Source: the human T2T-CHM13v2.0 reference genome, Homo sapiens. From it: DNA of 64,000 bases. The translations under genes were made by a program, and so were the position numbers. Location: NCBI RefSeq assembly GCF_009914755.1, contig NC_060938.1, one strand, 5' to 3'. This document shows positions 14,101 to 27,900 of this stretch, one piece after another. Positions within the stretch are counted from its first letter, which is position 1. Every line of letters starts with the position of its first letter. The notes beneath the pieces were generated by a model. That model did not search any database and was not told the origin of the DNA. It saw only the letters and a list, made by a program, of their open reading frames with translations.

Positions 14101-17100
14101 TGTTCTGGAATCCTATGTGAGGGACAAACATTCAGACCCCAGCAGCAGTGTTCCTGCGTCCTATGTGAGGGACAAACATTCAAACAACAGAGGGAGTGTT
14201 TTGGAATCCTATGTTACCCACAAACATTCAGACCCTCGTCACAGTGTTCTGGAATTCTATGTGAGGCAGAAACACTCAGAACTCTGCAGCAATGTTCTGG
14301 AATCCTATCTGAAGGACATACATGTAGACCCCAGCAGCAGTGTTATGGAATCCCATTTGAAGGACAAACATTGAAACCCTCACAGCACTGTTCTGGAATC
14401 CTATGTGAGGGACAAACCTTCAGACCCCAGCAGCAGCGTTCTGGAATCCCATGTGAGGGCCAAACATTCAAACAACAGTGGGAGTGTTCTCGATTCTTTT
14501 GTTACGGACAAACATTCAGACCCTTGTCGCAGTGTTGTGGAATTCTATGTGAGGGAGAAACACTCAGAACCCAGCAGTAGTGTTCTGGAATCCTATGTGA
14601 CGGACATACATGTAGTACCCAGCAGCAGTGTCCTAGAATCCCATGTGAGGGACAAACATTCAGACCCCAGCAGTAGTGTTCTGGAATCCTATGTGAAGGA
14701 CAATCATTCAGACCCTTGTTGCAATGTACTGGAATTCTGTGTGTGGGACAAACATTCAAACACTCATAGCAGTGTTCTGTAATCCTGTGTGAGGGAGAAA
14801 ATTTCAGACCACAGCACGAGAGTTCTGGAATCCTATGTGAGTGACAAACATTCAGACAATCTCAGCAGTGTTCTGGAATCCTATGTGAGGGACAAACATT
14901 CAGACCACATCAAGAGTGTTCTGGAATCCTATGTGAGGGATAATCATTCAGAACCTCATAGCCGTGTTCTGGAATGCTGTGTGAGGGACAAACATTCAGA
15001 CCACAGCAGTACTCTTCTGGAATCCGCTGTGAGGAACAAACATTCAGGCCCTCGTAGCAGTGTTCTAGAATGCTGTGTGAGGGACAAACATTCAGACTAC
15101 AGCAGGACACTTCTGGAATCCCCTGTGAAGAAAAAACCTTCAAACCCCAGCAGCAGTGTTCTGGAATCCTATGTGAGGGACAATCATTCAGACCCTTGTA
15201 GCAGGGTTCTGGAATTCTCTGAGAGGGACAAACATTCAGACCCTCACAGCAGTGTTCTGGAATCCTGTGTGAGGGACAAACATTCAGACCCCAGCAGCAG
15301 TGTTCTGGAGTCTTAAGTGAGGAACTAACATTCAAACAACAGCGGGAGTGTTCACGAATCATATTTTATGGACAAATATTAGAACGCTCATCACAGTATT
15401 GTAGGATTATATGTGAAGGAGAAACATTCAGAAAACAGCAGCAGTGTTCTGGAACCCTATATGAGGAACAAACATTCAGATCACAGCAGGATTGTTCTGG
15501 AATCCTATGTGAGGGACAAACACTCAAAACACAGCAGGAGTGTTTTGGAATCCTACCTGAGGGACAAATATTCAGACCCTCGCAGCAGTGTTCAGGAATC
15601 CTATGTGAGGGATAAACATTCAGACAGTCGTAGAAGTGTTCTGGAATCCTATGTGAGGGACATACACTCACACCCATGAAGCAGTGTTCTGGAATCCTAT
15701 GTGAGGAACAGACATTTAAACAACAGCGGGACTGTTCTGGAATCCTATGTTATAGACAAACATTCAGACGATTGTAACAGTGTTCTGGAATTCTATGTGA
15801 GGGAGAAACACTTAGAACCCTTCAGCATTGTTCTGGAATCCAATCTGAGGCACAAACATTCAGACCCTGGAAGCAGTGTTCTGGAATTCTATGTGTGGGA
15901 CAAATATTCAGACCCCAGCAGCAGTTTTCTGGAATCTTATGTGAGGGACAAACATTCAGACCCTCGTAGCAGTGTTCTTCAATTCTGTGTGAGGGACACA
16001 CATTAAGACACTCGTAGAAGTGTTCTGGAATCCTTTTTGAAGGACATACTTTCAGACCACAGAAGGACTCTTCTGGAAAGCCCTGTGGGAAACAAACATT
16101 GGGAACCTCATAGGAGTGTTTTGCAAAACTATGTAAGGTGCAAACATTAAGACCCCAACAGCGGTGTGCTGGAATCCAATGTGAAGTAGAAACATTCAGA
16201 ACCTCGTGGCAGTGTTCTGGAATCCTACAGGAGGTACAAAGATTCAGACCACAGCAGGATTGTTCTGTTAATCTTACATCAGGGAGAAACTGTCAGAACA
16301 CAGCATTAGTGTTCTGGAATGCTATGTGAGGGACAAACATACAGAACCTCCTAGCAGTGTTCTGGAATCCTATGTGAGGGACAAAAATTCAGACTCCAGC
16401 AGTAGTGCTGTGTAATCCAATGTGAGGGAAAAACATTTAGACCCAAGTAGCAGTGTTCTGGAATCCTATGTGATGGACAAACATTCAAACAACAGTGGGA
16501 GTTTTCTGGAATCCTATGTTACATATAAATTTTCAGACCTTCAACGCAGTGTTCTGGAATTCTATGTGAGGGATAACCATTCAGAAAGTCGGAGCAGTGT
16601 TCTGGAATCCTATGTGAGGGACAAACATTCAAACAACAGCGGGAGTCTTCTGGAATCCTATGTTATGAACAAACATTCAGACCCTCGTCGCAGTCTTCTG
16701 GAATTCTATGCGAGGGAGGAACACTCAGAATCCTGCAGCATTGTTCTGGAATCCCATGTGACGGACATACATGTAGAGCCTTGCAGTCGTGTTCTGGAAT
16801 CCTATGTGAGGGACGAACATTCAGACCTCAGCAGCAGTGTTCTGGAATGCTACTTGAGGGAAAATCATTCAGACCCTCATAGCAGTGTTCTGGAATTCTG
16901 TGTGAGGGACAAAAATTCAGATCCTCATAGCAGTGTTCTGGAATCCTGTGTGAGGGACAAACATTCACGACGCAACAGGAGTGTTCTGAAATCCCCTGTA
17001 AGGAACAAACATTCAGAACCTTGTGGCAGTGTTATGGAATCCTATGTCACAGACAAATACTTAGACCCTAACAGCAGTGTTCTGGAATGCTATGTGATGG

Positions 17101-20100
17101 ACAAACATTCAGACACTCCCGGTAGTGTCATGAAATCCTATGTGAGGGAAAAACACTCAGAACCCAGCAGCAGTGTTCTGGAACCCTATGTGAGGGAGAA
17201 ACTTTCAGACCACAGCAGGATTGTTCTGGAATCCTATGTGAGGGATAAACACTTAGAGCACGGCAGGAGTGTTTTGGAATCCTATGTGAGGGACAAACTT
17301 TCAGACCCTAGTTGCAGTGTTCTGGAATCCAATGTGAGGGACAAACATTCAAACAACACAGGTAGTGTTCCCTAATCCTATGTTACAGACAAACGTTCAG
17401 ACCCTCGTTGCATTATTCAGGAATCCTATGTTAGGGAAAAACATTCAGACCCTCGTAGCACTCATCTGGAGTCCTGTGTGAGTGACAAACATTCAGACCC
17501 CAGGAGCAGTGTTCTGGAATCCTATGTGAGGGACAAACATTCAGACAATCGTAGCAGTGTTCTGGAATCCTATGGGAGGGACAAACACTCAGACCCCAGT
17601 AGCAGTGTTCTGGAATCCTACGTGAGGGACAAAGATTCAAACAGCAGCGAGAGTGTTCTGGAATGCTACGTTACGGAGAAACATTGAGACCCTCGTCGCA
17701 GTGTTCTGGAATTCTATGTGAGGGAGAAACATACAGAACCCAGCAGCAGTGATCTGGAATCCTATGTGACAGCCATACATGTAGACCCCAGCAGCAGTGT
17801 TCTGGAATCCTATGTGAGGGACAAACACTGACAATCTAGCAGCAGTGTTCGGCAATCCTATGTGAGGGACAGACCTTCAGACCACAGCAGGAGTGTTCTG
17901 GAATCCTATGTGAGGGACAAACATTCAGACAATCGTAGCGGTGTTGGGGGATCCTACGTGAGGGATGAACATTCAGACCCTCGTATCACTGTTCTGGATC
18001 CTAAGTGAGGGACAAACTTTCAGACCACAACAGAGTGTTCTGTAATCCACAGTGAGGGACAAACTTTCAGACCCTCTTATCGCTGTTCTGGATCCTAAGT
18101 GAGGGACAAACTTTCAGACCACAACAGAGTGTTCTGTAATCCATGGTGAGGGACAAACTTTCAGACCCTCTTTGCAGTGTTCTGTAATCCTACGGAGTGA
18201 CAAACATTCAATCATAGCAGTGTTCTGGAATCCTGTGCGAGGAAAAAATATTCAGACTCAAGCAGCAGTGTTCTGGAATCCTATGTGAGGGACGAACATT
18301 CAAACAACAGCAGGAGTCTTCTGGAATCCTATGTTACGAACCAACATTCAGACCCTCGTCGCAGTCTTCTGGAATTCTAGGTGAGGGAGGAACAATCAGA
18401 ATCCTGCAGCATTGTTCTGAAATCCCATGTGACGGACATAAATTAGACCCATGCAACCGTGTTCTGGAATCCTGTGAGAGGGACAATCATTCAAACCATC
18501 GTAGCAGTGTTCTGGAATTCTGTGTGAGGGACAAACATTCAGACTCTCATAGCCGTGTTCTGGAATCCTGTGTGAGGGACAAACATTCAGAACACAGCAG
18601 GAGGTTTCTGGAATCCCCTGTGAGGAGCAAATATTCAGAACCTCGTATCAGTGTTCTGGAATCCTACGTGAGGGACAATCATTCAGACCCTCATAGCAGT
18701 GTTCTGGAATCCTATGTGATGGACAAACATTTAGACACCAGCAGCAGTGTTCTGGAATCCTAGGTTTGGGACAAACACTGAGAACCTCCCAGCAGTGTTC
18801 TGGGACCATATGAGAGGAATAAACGTTGAGACCCTCGTCGCAGTCTTCTGGAATTCTATGCGAGGGAGAAACACTCAGAACCCAGGGGCAGGGTTCTGTA
18901 ATCCTATGTGAGGGACAAACATTCAGACCTCAGCAGCGGTGTCTGGAATGCTACGTGAGGGAAAATCATTCAGACCCTCATAGCAGTGTTCTGGAATTCT
19001 GTGTGAGGGACAAAAATTCAGATCCTCACAGCAGTGTTCTGGAATCCTGTGTGAGGGACAAACATTGACAACACAACAGGATTGTTCTGGAATCCCCTGT
19101 AAGGAACAAACATTCAGAACCTCGTGGCAGTGTTCTGGAATCCTATGTGACGGACAAACACTTAGACCCCAACAGCAGTGTTCTGGAATGCTATGTGAGG
19201 GACAAACATTCAGACCCTTCCGGTAGTGTTATGAAATCCTATGTGAGGGAAAAACACTCAGAACCCAGCAGCAGTGTTCTGGAACCCTATGTGAGGGAAA
19301 AACTTTCAGACCACAGCAGGATTGTTCTGGAATCCTGTGTAGGGGATAAACACTCAGAGCATGGCAGGAGTGTTTTGGAATCCTATGTGAGGGACAAACA
19401 TTCAGACCCTAGTTGCAGTGTTCTGGAATCCAAAGTGAGGGACAAACATTCAAACAACAGGGGTAGTTTTCCGTAATCCTATGTTACAGACAAACATTTA
19501 GACCCTCGTTGCAGTATTCAGGAATTCTAAGTTAGGGAAAAACATTCAGAACCTCATAGCACTGCTCTGGAATCCTATGTGAGTGACAAACATTCAGGCA
19601 ATCATAATAGTGTTCTGCAACCCTATGTGAGGGACAGACCTTCAGAACACAGCAGGAGGTTTCTGGAATCCCCTGTGAGGAGCAAATATTCAGAACCTCG
19701 TATCAGTGTTCTGGAATCCTACGTGAGGGACAATCATTCAAACCCTCATAGCAGTGTTCTGGAATCCTATGTGATGGACAAACATTTAGACGCCAGCAGC
19801 AGTATTCTGGAATCCTAGGTTTGGGACAAACACTGAGAACCTACTAGCAGTGTTCTGGAACCATATGAGAGGGACCAACGTTGAGACCCTCATAGGAGTG
19901 TTCTGGAATCCTGTGTGATGGATAAATATTCACAACACAAGAGGAGTGTTCTGGAATCCCCAGTAAGGAACAAACATTCAGAACCTCGTGGCAGTGTTCT
20001 GGAATCCTATGTGAAGGACAAACATTCAAGCAACAGCGGGAGTCTTCTGGAATCCTACGTGAGGGACAAACATTCAAACAACAGCGGGAGTCTTCTGGAA

Positions 20101-23100
20101 TCCTATGTTATGGACAAACATTCAGATCCTCGTCGCAGTCTTCTGGAATTCTTTGTGAGGGAGGAACACTCAGAATCCTGCAGCATTGTTCTGGAATACC
20201 ATGTGACGGACATACCTGTAGAACCCTGAAGCCGTGTCATGGAATCCTATGTGAGGGACAAACATTCAGAACCCAGCAGCAGTGTTCTGGAGTCCCATGT
20301 GAGGGACAATCATTCAGACCATCGTAGCAGTGTTCTGGAATTCTGTGTGAGGGACAAACCTTCAGACCCTTGTAGCAGTGTTCTGGAATCCTAAGTGACG
20401 GACAAACATTTAGACCTCAGCAAAAGTATTCCGGAATCCTATGTGAGTTACAAACATTGAAACAACAGCGGGAGTGTTCTGGAATCCTTTATTGCAAACA
20501 AACTTTCAGAACCTCGTCGCAGTGCTCTGGAGTTCTATGTGAGGGAGAAAGACTCAGAACCCAGCAGCAGTGCTCCGGAATCCTATGTGACAGATACACA
20601 TGTATACCCCAGCAGCAGTGGTATGGAATCCTATGTGAGGGACAAACATTCAGACCAAGACAGCATTGTTATGGAAAACTATGTGAGGAAAAATCATTCA
20701 GACTCTCATAGCAGTGTTCTGGGATTCTGTGTGAGGAACAAACATTGAGACCCTCGAATGTGTGTTCTGGAATCCTATGTGAGGGGAAAACATTCAGGCC
20801 ACGGTAGCAGTGTTCTGGAATCCTATGTGAGAGACAAACATTCAGAAACTCATAGCAGTGTTCCGGAATCCCATGTGAGGGACAACCAGTCTGACAATCG
20901 TAGAAGTGTTCTGGAATCCTACATGACTGTCATACATGTAGACCCCAGCAGCAGTGTTCTGGAATCCTATGTGAGAGACAAACATTCAGACTCCAGCAGC
21001 AGTGTTTTGGCATCCTATGTGAGGGACAATCATTCAGACCCTCTTAGCAGTGTTCTGGAATTATGAGTGAGGGACAAACATTCAGACGCCTGCAGCAGTG
21101 TTCTGGAATCCTGTGTGAGGGACAAACATTCAGACCACAGCAGGATTGTTCTGGAATCCGATGTGAGGAAAAATCTTTCAGACCCTCTTAACATTGTTCA
21201 GGAATCCCATGTGAGGGACAAACATTGAGACCACAGCAGTAGTGTTCTTTAATCCTATGTGAGGGACAAATATTCAGACCCTCATAGCAGTGTTCTGGAA
21301 TCCTATGTGAGGGACAAACATTGAGAGAATCGTGACAGTGTTCTGGAATCCTACGTGAGGGAGAAACATTCAGACCGCAGCAGCTGTGTTCTGGAATCCT
21401 ATGTAAGGGACAATCATTCAGACCCTCATAGCAGTGTTCTGGAATTCTGTGTGATTGACAAAGTTTCAGAACCTCGTAGCAGTGTTCTGGAATCCTATAT
21501 GAGGGACACACATTCAGATCCCAGCAGCAGTGTTCTGGAATCCTATTTGAGGGACAATCATTCAGATCCTCATAGCAGTGTTCTGGATTCTGGGTCAGGG
21601 ACAAACGTTCATACCCTCGTGTCATTATTCTGGAATCCTGTGTGAGGAAAAAACATTCAGACAACAGCAGGATTGTTGTGGAATGCCCGGTGAGGAACAA
21701 ACATTCAGACCCTCGTAGCAGTGTTCTGGAATCCTATGTGACTGACAAACATTTAGACAACAGCAGCAGTGTTCTGGAATCCTATGTGAGGGACAATCAT
21801 TCAAACAACAGCGGGAGTGTTCTGGAATCCTATGTTTAGGAAAATCATTCAGACCCTCGTCGCAGTGTACTGGAATTCTATGTGAGGGCAAACATTCAGA
21901 CCACAGCAGTAGTGTTCTGGTATCCTACGTGAGGGACAAACATTCAGACCCTCATAGAAGTGTTCAGGAATCCTATGTGAGGAACAAACATTCAGACCAC
22001 AGCAGGAGTGTTCTGCAATCCCCTGTGAGGAAGAAACATTCATACCCTCGTAATGGTCTTCTGGAATCCTATGTGATGGGCAAACATTTAGATCACAGCA
22101 GCAGTGTCCTGGAATCCTATGTGAGGGACAATCATTCAGACACTCGTAACATTGTTCTGGAATCCTAAGTGAGGGACAAAAATTCAGACAATCCTAGCAG
22201 TGTTCTGGAAACCTATGTGTGGGCCAAACATTCGGACCCCAGGGACAGTGTTCTGCAATCCTATGTGAGGGAAAAACATTCAAACAACTGCGGGATTGTT
22301 CTGACATCCTATATTATGGACAAAGATTCCGACACTCTTCACAGTGATCTGGAGTTATATGTGAGTGAGAAACACTCAGATCCCAGCAGCAGTGTTCTAG
22401 AATCCCATGTGATGGACATACATGTAGACCCCAGCGGAAGTGTTCCAGAATCCTATGTGAGAGACAAAGATTCAGACCCCAGAAGCAGTGTTCTGCAATC
22501 CTATGTGAGTGACAATCATTCAGAAATTCGTAACAGTGTTCTGGAATTCTGTGTGTGGGAGAATCATTCAGTCCCTCATAGCAGTGTTCTGGAATTCTGT
22601 GTGAGGGAAAAACATTCAGACCCTCGTAGCAGTGTTCTGAAATCCTTTGTGAGGGACATTCAGACAACAGCAGTAGTGTTCTGGAATCCTCTGTGAGGAA
22701 CAAACGTTTAGACAGTCGTAGCAGTGTTCTGGAATCCTACGTGACAAACTTTTAGACCCCAGCAGCAGTGTTCTGGAATCCTATGCGAGGGACAAACATT
22801 CAGACAATGGTAACAGTGTTCTGGAATCCTATGTGAGGGACAAACACTCAAAACCCAGCAGCAGTATTCTTGAATGCTATGTGAGGGACAAACTTTCAGA
22901 CCACAGCAGGAGTGTTCTGGAATCCTATGTGAGGGACAATCATTCAGACCCTCGTAGCAGTGTTCTGGAATTCTGTGTGAGAGACAAACATTCAGACCCT
23001 CGTAGCGGTGTTCTGGAATCCAATGTGACGGACAAAAATTCAGACCACCACAGGAGTGTTCTGGAATCCTCTGTGAGGGAGAAACATTCAGAACCTAGTA

Positions 23101-24124
23101 GCAGTGTTCTGGAATCCTATGTGAGGAATAAACACTCGGAACCAAGCAGCAGTGTTCTGGAAAACTATGTAATAGACAAACATTCAGACCAGAGTAGGAT
23201 TGCTCTGGAATCCTATGTGTTGGACACACATTCAGAACACAGCAGGAGTGTTTTGGAATCCTATGTGAGGGACAAACATACAGACCCTCGTAGCAGTGTT
23301 CTGGAATCCAATGTGATTGACAAATATTCAGACCACAGCAGGAGTGTTTTGGAATCCTATGTGAGGGACAAACATACAGACCCTTGTAGCAGTGTTCTGG
23401 AATCCAATGTGATTGACAAATATTCAGACCACAGCAAGAGTGTTGTGGAAACTACTGTGAGGAACAAACATTGAGATCCACGTAGCAGTGTTCTGGAATC
23501 CTATGTGAGGGACAAACATTTAGACTCCAGCAGGAGTGTTCTGGAATCCCAAGTGTGGTACGAACATTCAGACCATCGTAGCCGTGTTCTGATACTCTAT
23601 GTGAAGGACAAACTTTCAGACAATAGTAGGAGTGTTCTGGTATCCTAAGTGAGGGACAAACATAAGAGCCCAGCAGCAGTGTTCTGGAATCCTATGTGAT
23701 GGACAATCATTCCGAACCTCGTAGCAGTGTTCTGGAATTCTCTTTGAGGGACAAATATTCAGACACTCGTAGTAGTATTCTGGAATCCTGTGTGAGGGAC
23801 AAACATTCAGACGACAGCAGGAGTGTTCTGGAATACCTCGTGAGAAACGAACATGCAGACCCTCGTAGCAGTGTTCTGGAATCCTTTGTGACAGAAAAAC
23901 ATTTTTACCCCAGCGGTAGTGTTCTGGAATCCTACGTGAGGGACAATCATTCAGACCCTCGTAGCAGTGTTCTGGAACCCTATGTGAGGGACAAATACTC
24001 AGACCCCAGCAGTAGTGTTTTCGAATCATATGTGTGGGACAAACATTGAAACAACAGCACTAGTGTCCTGGAATCATATGTTTCATGCAAACATTCAGAC
24101 CCTCGTTGCAATGCTCTGGAATTC
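8116..24124 (+). repeat. CER (D22Z3, 48-bp) satellite array, left arm (~330 monomers)
   Basis: Tandem 48-mer with consensus about gtgagggacaaacattcagacc(ctcgt/ccagc)agcagtgttctggaatcctat; the 16-aa periodic translation VLESYVRDKHSDPRSS reflects the period. Confidence 0.95.
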
Positions 24125-24655
24125 TGTGGGGAAAAGCAAGAGAGATCAGATTGTTACTGTGTCTGTGTAGAAAGAAGTAGACATAGGAGACTCCATTTTG
24201 TTCTGTACTAAGAAAAATTATTCTGCCTTGAGATTCTGTTAATCTATGACCTTACCCCCAACCCCGTGCTCTCTGAAATATGTGCTGTGTCAAACTCAGG
24301 GTTAAATGGATTAAATGTTGTGCAAGATGTGCTTTGTTAAACAGTTGCTTGAAGGCAGCATGCTCCTTAAGAGTCATCACTACTCCCTAATCTCAAGTAC
24401 CCAGGGACACAAAAACTGCGGAAGGCCGCAGGGACCTCTGCCTAGGAAAGCCAGGTATTGTCCAAGGTATATCCCCATGGGATAGTCTGAAATATGGCCT
24501 TATGGGAAGGGAAAGACCTGACCGTCCCCCAGCCCGACACCCGTAAATGGTCTGTGCTGAGGAGGATTAGTATAAGAGGAAGGCATGCCTCTTGCAGTTG
24601 AGACAAGAGGAAGGCATCTGTCTCCTGCCCGTCCATGGGCAATGGAATGTCTCGG

Positions 24656-24662
24656 TATAAAA
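24656..24662 (+). promoter_or_regulatory. TATA-like box of LTR5_Hs
   Basis: tataaaa in ctcggtataaaacccg context, as in the HML-2 U3. Confidence 0.6.
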
Positions 24663-24815
24663 CCCGATTGTACGTCCCATCTACTGAGATAGGGAAAAAC
24701 CGCCTTAGGGCTGGAGGTGGGACATGCGGGCAGCAATACTGCTTTGTAAAGCATTGAGATGTTTATGTGTATGCATATCTAAAAGCACAGCACTTGATTC
24801 TTTACCTTGTCTATG

Positions 24816-24823
24816 ATGCAAAG
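24816..24823 (+). promoter_or_regulatory. OCT4 motif of LTR5_Hs (ATGCAAAG)
   Basis: ATGCAAAG at LTR offset 692-699, the position I recall for the LTR5_Hs-specific OCT4 site. Confidence 0.7.
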
Positions 24824-24917
24824 ACCTTTGTTCACGTGTTTGTCTGCTGACCCTATCCCCACTATTGTCTTGTGACCCTGACACATCACCCTCTCGGAGA
24901 AACACCCACAAATGATC

Positions 24918-24923
24918 AATAAA
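24918..24923 (+). terminator. LTR polyadenylation signal AATAAA
   Basis: atgatcAATAAAtactaagg, the canonical HML-2 LTR context. Confidence 0.75.
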
Positions 24924-27900
24924 TACTAAGGGAACTCAGAGGCTGGCGGGATCCTCCATATGCTGAACGCTGGTTCCCTGGGTCCCCTTATTTCTTTCTC
25001 TATATTTTGTCTCTGTGTCTTTTTCTTTTCCATGTCTCTCATTCCACCTAACAAGAAAAACCCACAGGTGTGGAGGGGCAACCCACCCCTTCAGAATTCT
25101 ATGTGAGGGAGAAAATTCAGACCCCAGCAGCAGTGTTCTGGAATCCGACGTGAGGGACAATCACTCAGACACTCGTATCAGTGTTCTGCAATTCTGTGTG
25201 AGGACGAACATTCAGACCACAACAGGGATGTTCTGGAATCCTATGTGAGGGACAAACATTCGGACCCCAGATGTAGTGTTTTCGAATACTATGTGTGGGA
25301 CAAACATTCAAACAACGGCGGGAGAATTATGGAATTCTATGTTTCGGACAAACATTCAGACCCTCGTAGCATTGTTCTGGAATCCTATGTGACGGACTAA
25401 CATTTAGACCCTGCAGCAGTGTTCTGGAAACCTATGTGATGGACATGCATGTAGACCCCAGCAGCAGTGTTCTGGAATCCTATGTGATTGACAAATGTTC
25501 AGACCCCCGCAGCAGTGTTCTGGAATCCTATGTGATTTGCAATCATTCAGACCCTCATAGCAGTGCTCTGGAATTCTGTGTGAGGGACAAGCATTCAGAC
25601 CCTCTTAGAAGTTTTCTGGAATCCTATGTGAGGGACAAACATTCAGACCCCTGCAGCAGTGTTCTGGCATCGATGTAAGGGACAATCATTCAGACCCACA
25701 CAGCACTGTTCTGGAATTCTGCTTCAGGGCCAACATTCAGACCACAAAAGGAGTGTTCTGGAATCACCTGTGAGGAACAAACTTTCAGAACCCCGTAGCA
25801 GTGTTCTGGAATCCTATGTGTCAGACAAACATTTAAACCCCAGCAACAGTGTTCTGGAATCTTATGTGAGGGAGAAATATTCAGACAATCGTAGCAGTGT
25901 TCTGGAATCCTGTGTAAGGGACAAACTTTCTGATCCAAGCAGCAGTGTTCTGGAATCCTATGTGAGGGACAAACATTCAAACAACAGCGGGAGTGTTCTG
26001 GAATCCTATGTTACAGACAAACATTCAGGTTCTCGTCACAGTGTTCTAGAATTCTCTGTGAGGGAGAAACACTCAGAACCCAGCTGCAGTGTTCTGGAAT
26101 CCTATGTAGTGGACATACATGTAGACCCCAGAAGCAGTGCTGTGGAATGCTGCGTGAGGAACAATCATTCAGACCCCAGCAGCAGTGTTCTGGAATATTG
26201 CTTGAGGGACAATCATTCAGACCCTCGTAGCAGTGTTCTGGAGTCCAGTGTGAGGGACAAATATTCAGATCACAACAGGAGTATTCTGGAATCCCCTATG
26301 AAGAACAAACATTCAGGCTATCGTAGCAGTGTTCTGGAATCCTATGTGACTGACAAACATTGAGACCCCAGCAGCAGTGTTCTGGAGTGCTACGTGAGGG
26401 ACAAACATTCAGACACTAGTAGCAGTGTTCTGGAATCCTATGTGAGGGACAAACACTAAGAACCCAGCAGCATTTTTCTGGGTCCCTATGTGAGGGACAA
26501 ATACTCGGAACACAGCTTCAGTGTTTTGCCATTTTATGTGAGGGACAAACATTCAGACCCTCATAGAAGTGTTCTGGAATCCTATGTGAGGGACAAACTT
26601 TCCGACAATTATAACAGAGTTCTGTAATCCTACGTTAAGGACAAATATTCAGACACTCGTAACAGTGTTCTGGAATCGTATGTGAGGGACACACATTCAG
26701 ACAATTGTAGCAGTGTTTTGGAATCCTATGTGAGGGACAAACATTCAGAAGCCAGCACAAGTGTTCTGGAATCTTCTGTGAGGGAAAAACATTCAATCAA
26801 CAGCGGGAGTGTTCTGGAATCCTATGTTATGGACAAACATTCAGATGCTCATCGCAGTGTTCTGAAATTGTATGTGAGGGAGGAACACTGAGAACCCAGC
26901 AGCAGTTTTCTGGAATCCTATATGATGGATGTACTTGTAGACCCCAGCAGCAGTGTTCTAGAATCCTATGTGAGGGACAAACATTCAGACCTTCGTCGAA
27001 TTGTTCTGGAATCCTATAAGAGGGACAAACACTCAGAAACCAGCAGCAGCATTCAGGAACCCTATGTGAGGGACAAACATTCAGACAACAGCAGGATTGT
27101 TCTGGACTCCTATGTGAGTAACATACACTCAGAAAACAGCAGGAGTGTTTTGGAATCCTATGTAAGGGACAAACATTCAGATCCTCATAGCAGTGTCCTG
27201 GATTTCTGCGTGAGGGACAAACATTCAGACCCCCATAGCAGTGTTCTGGAATCCTATGTTAGAGAGAAACATTCAGACCACAGCAGGAGTGTTCTGGAAT
27301 CTCCTGTGAGGAACAAACATTCAGACTCCCCTAACAGTGTTCTGAAATCTTATGTGACTGACAAACATTTAGACGCCAGCAGCAGTATTCTGGAATGCAA
27401 TGTAAGGGACAAATATTGAGACCCTAGTAGCAGTGTTCTGGTATCCTATCTGAGAGACAAACTCTCAGAACCAAGCAGCGGTGTTCTGGAAAATTATGTA
27501 AGGGATAAGGATTCAGACCAGATCTGGTATGCTCTGGAATTCTATGTGAGGACAAACTCTCAGAATACTGCAGGAGTGTTTTGGAATCCTATGTGAGGGA
27601 CAAACATTCAGACCCTCGTAGCAGTGTTCTGGAATCCCATGTGATTGACATTCAGACCACAGCAGGAGTGTTCTGGAATCCCCTGTGAGGACCCAACATT
27701 CAGACCTCTGTAGCAGTGTTCTGGAATCCTAAGTGAGAGACAAACATTTAGACCCCAGCAGCAATGTTCTGGAATCCTATGTGAGGGACAAACATTCAGA
27801 CCCTCGAAGCAGTGTTCTGGAATCCAATGTGTGGGATAAACATTCAGACAATAGTAGCAGTGTTCTGTAATCCAATGTGAGGGACACACATTCAGGCCCT

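Larger units (their letters stand above)
24125..25093 (+). mobile_element. HERV-K(HML-2) LTR5_Hs solo LTR, K111/K105-type
   Basis: 969 bp, TG..CA termini (tgtggggaaaagcaagagagatcagattg ... cccaccccttca); perfect 6-bp TSD GAATTC at 24119-24124 and 25094-25099; no primer-binding site or gag follows; embedded in CER. Confidence 0.96.

Noticed and set aside
24442-25248. ORFs within the HERV-K LTR; possible provirus
   Set aside because: Incidental frames in LTR sequence. There is no PBS or gag, pol or env, and the TSD directly flanks a single LTR.
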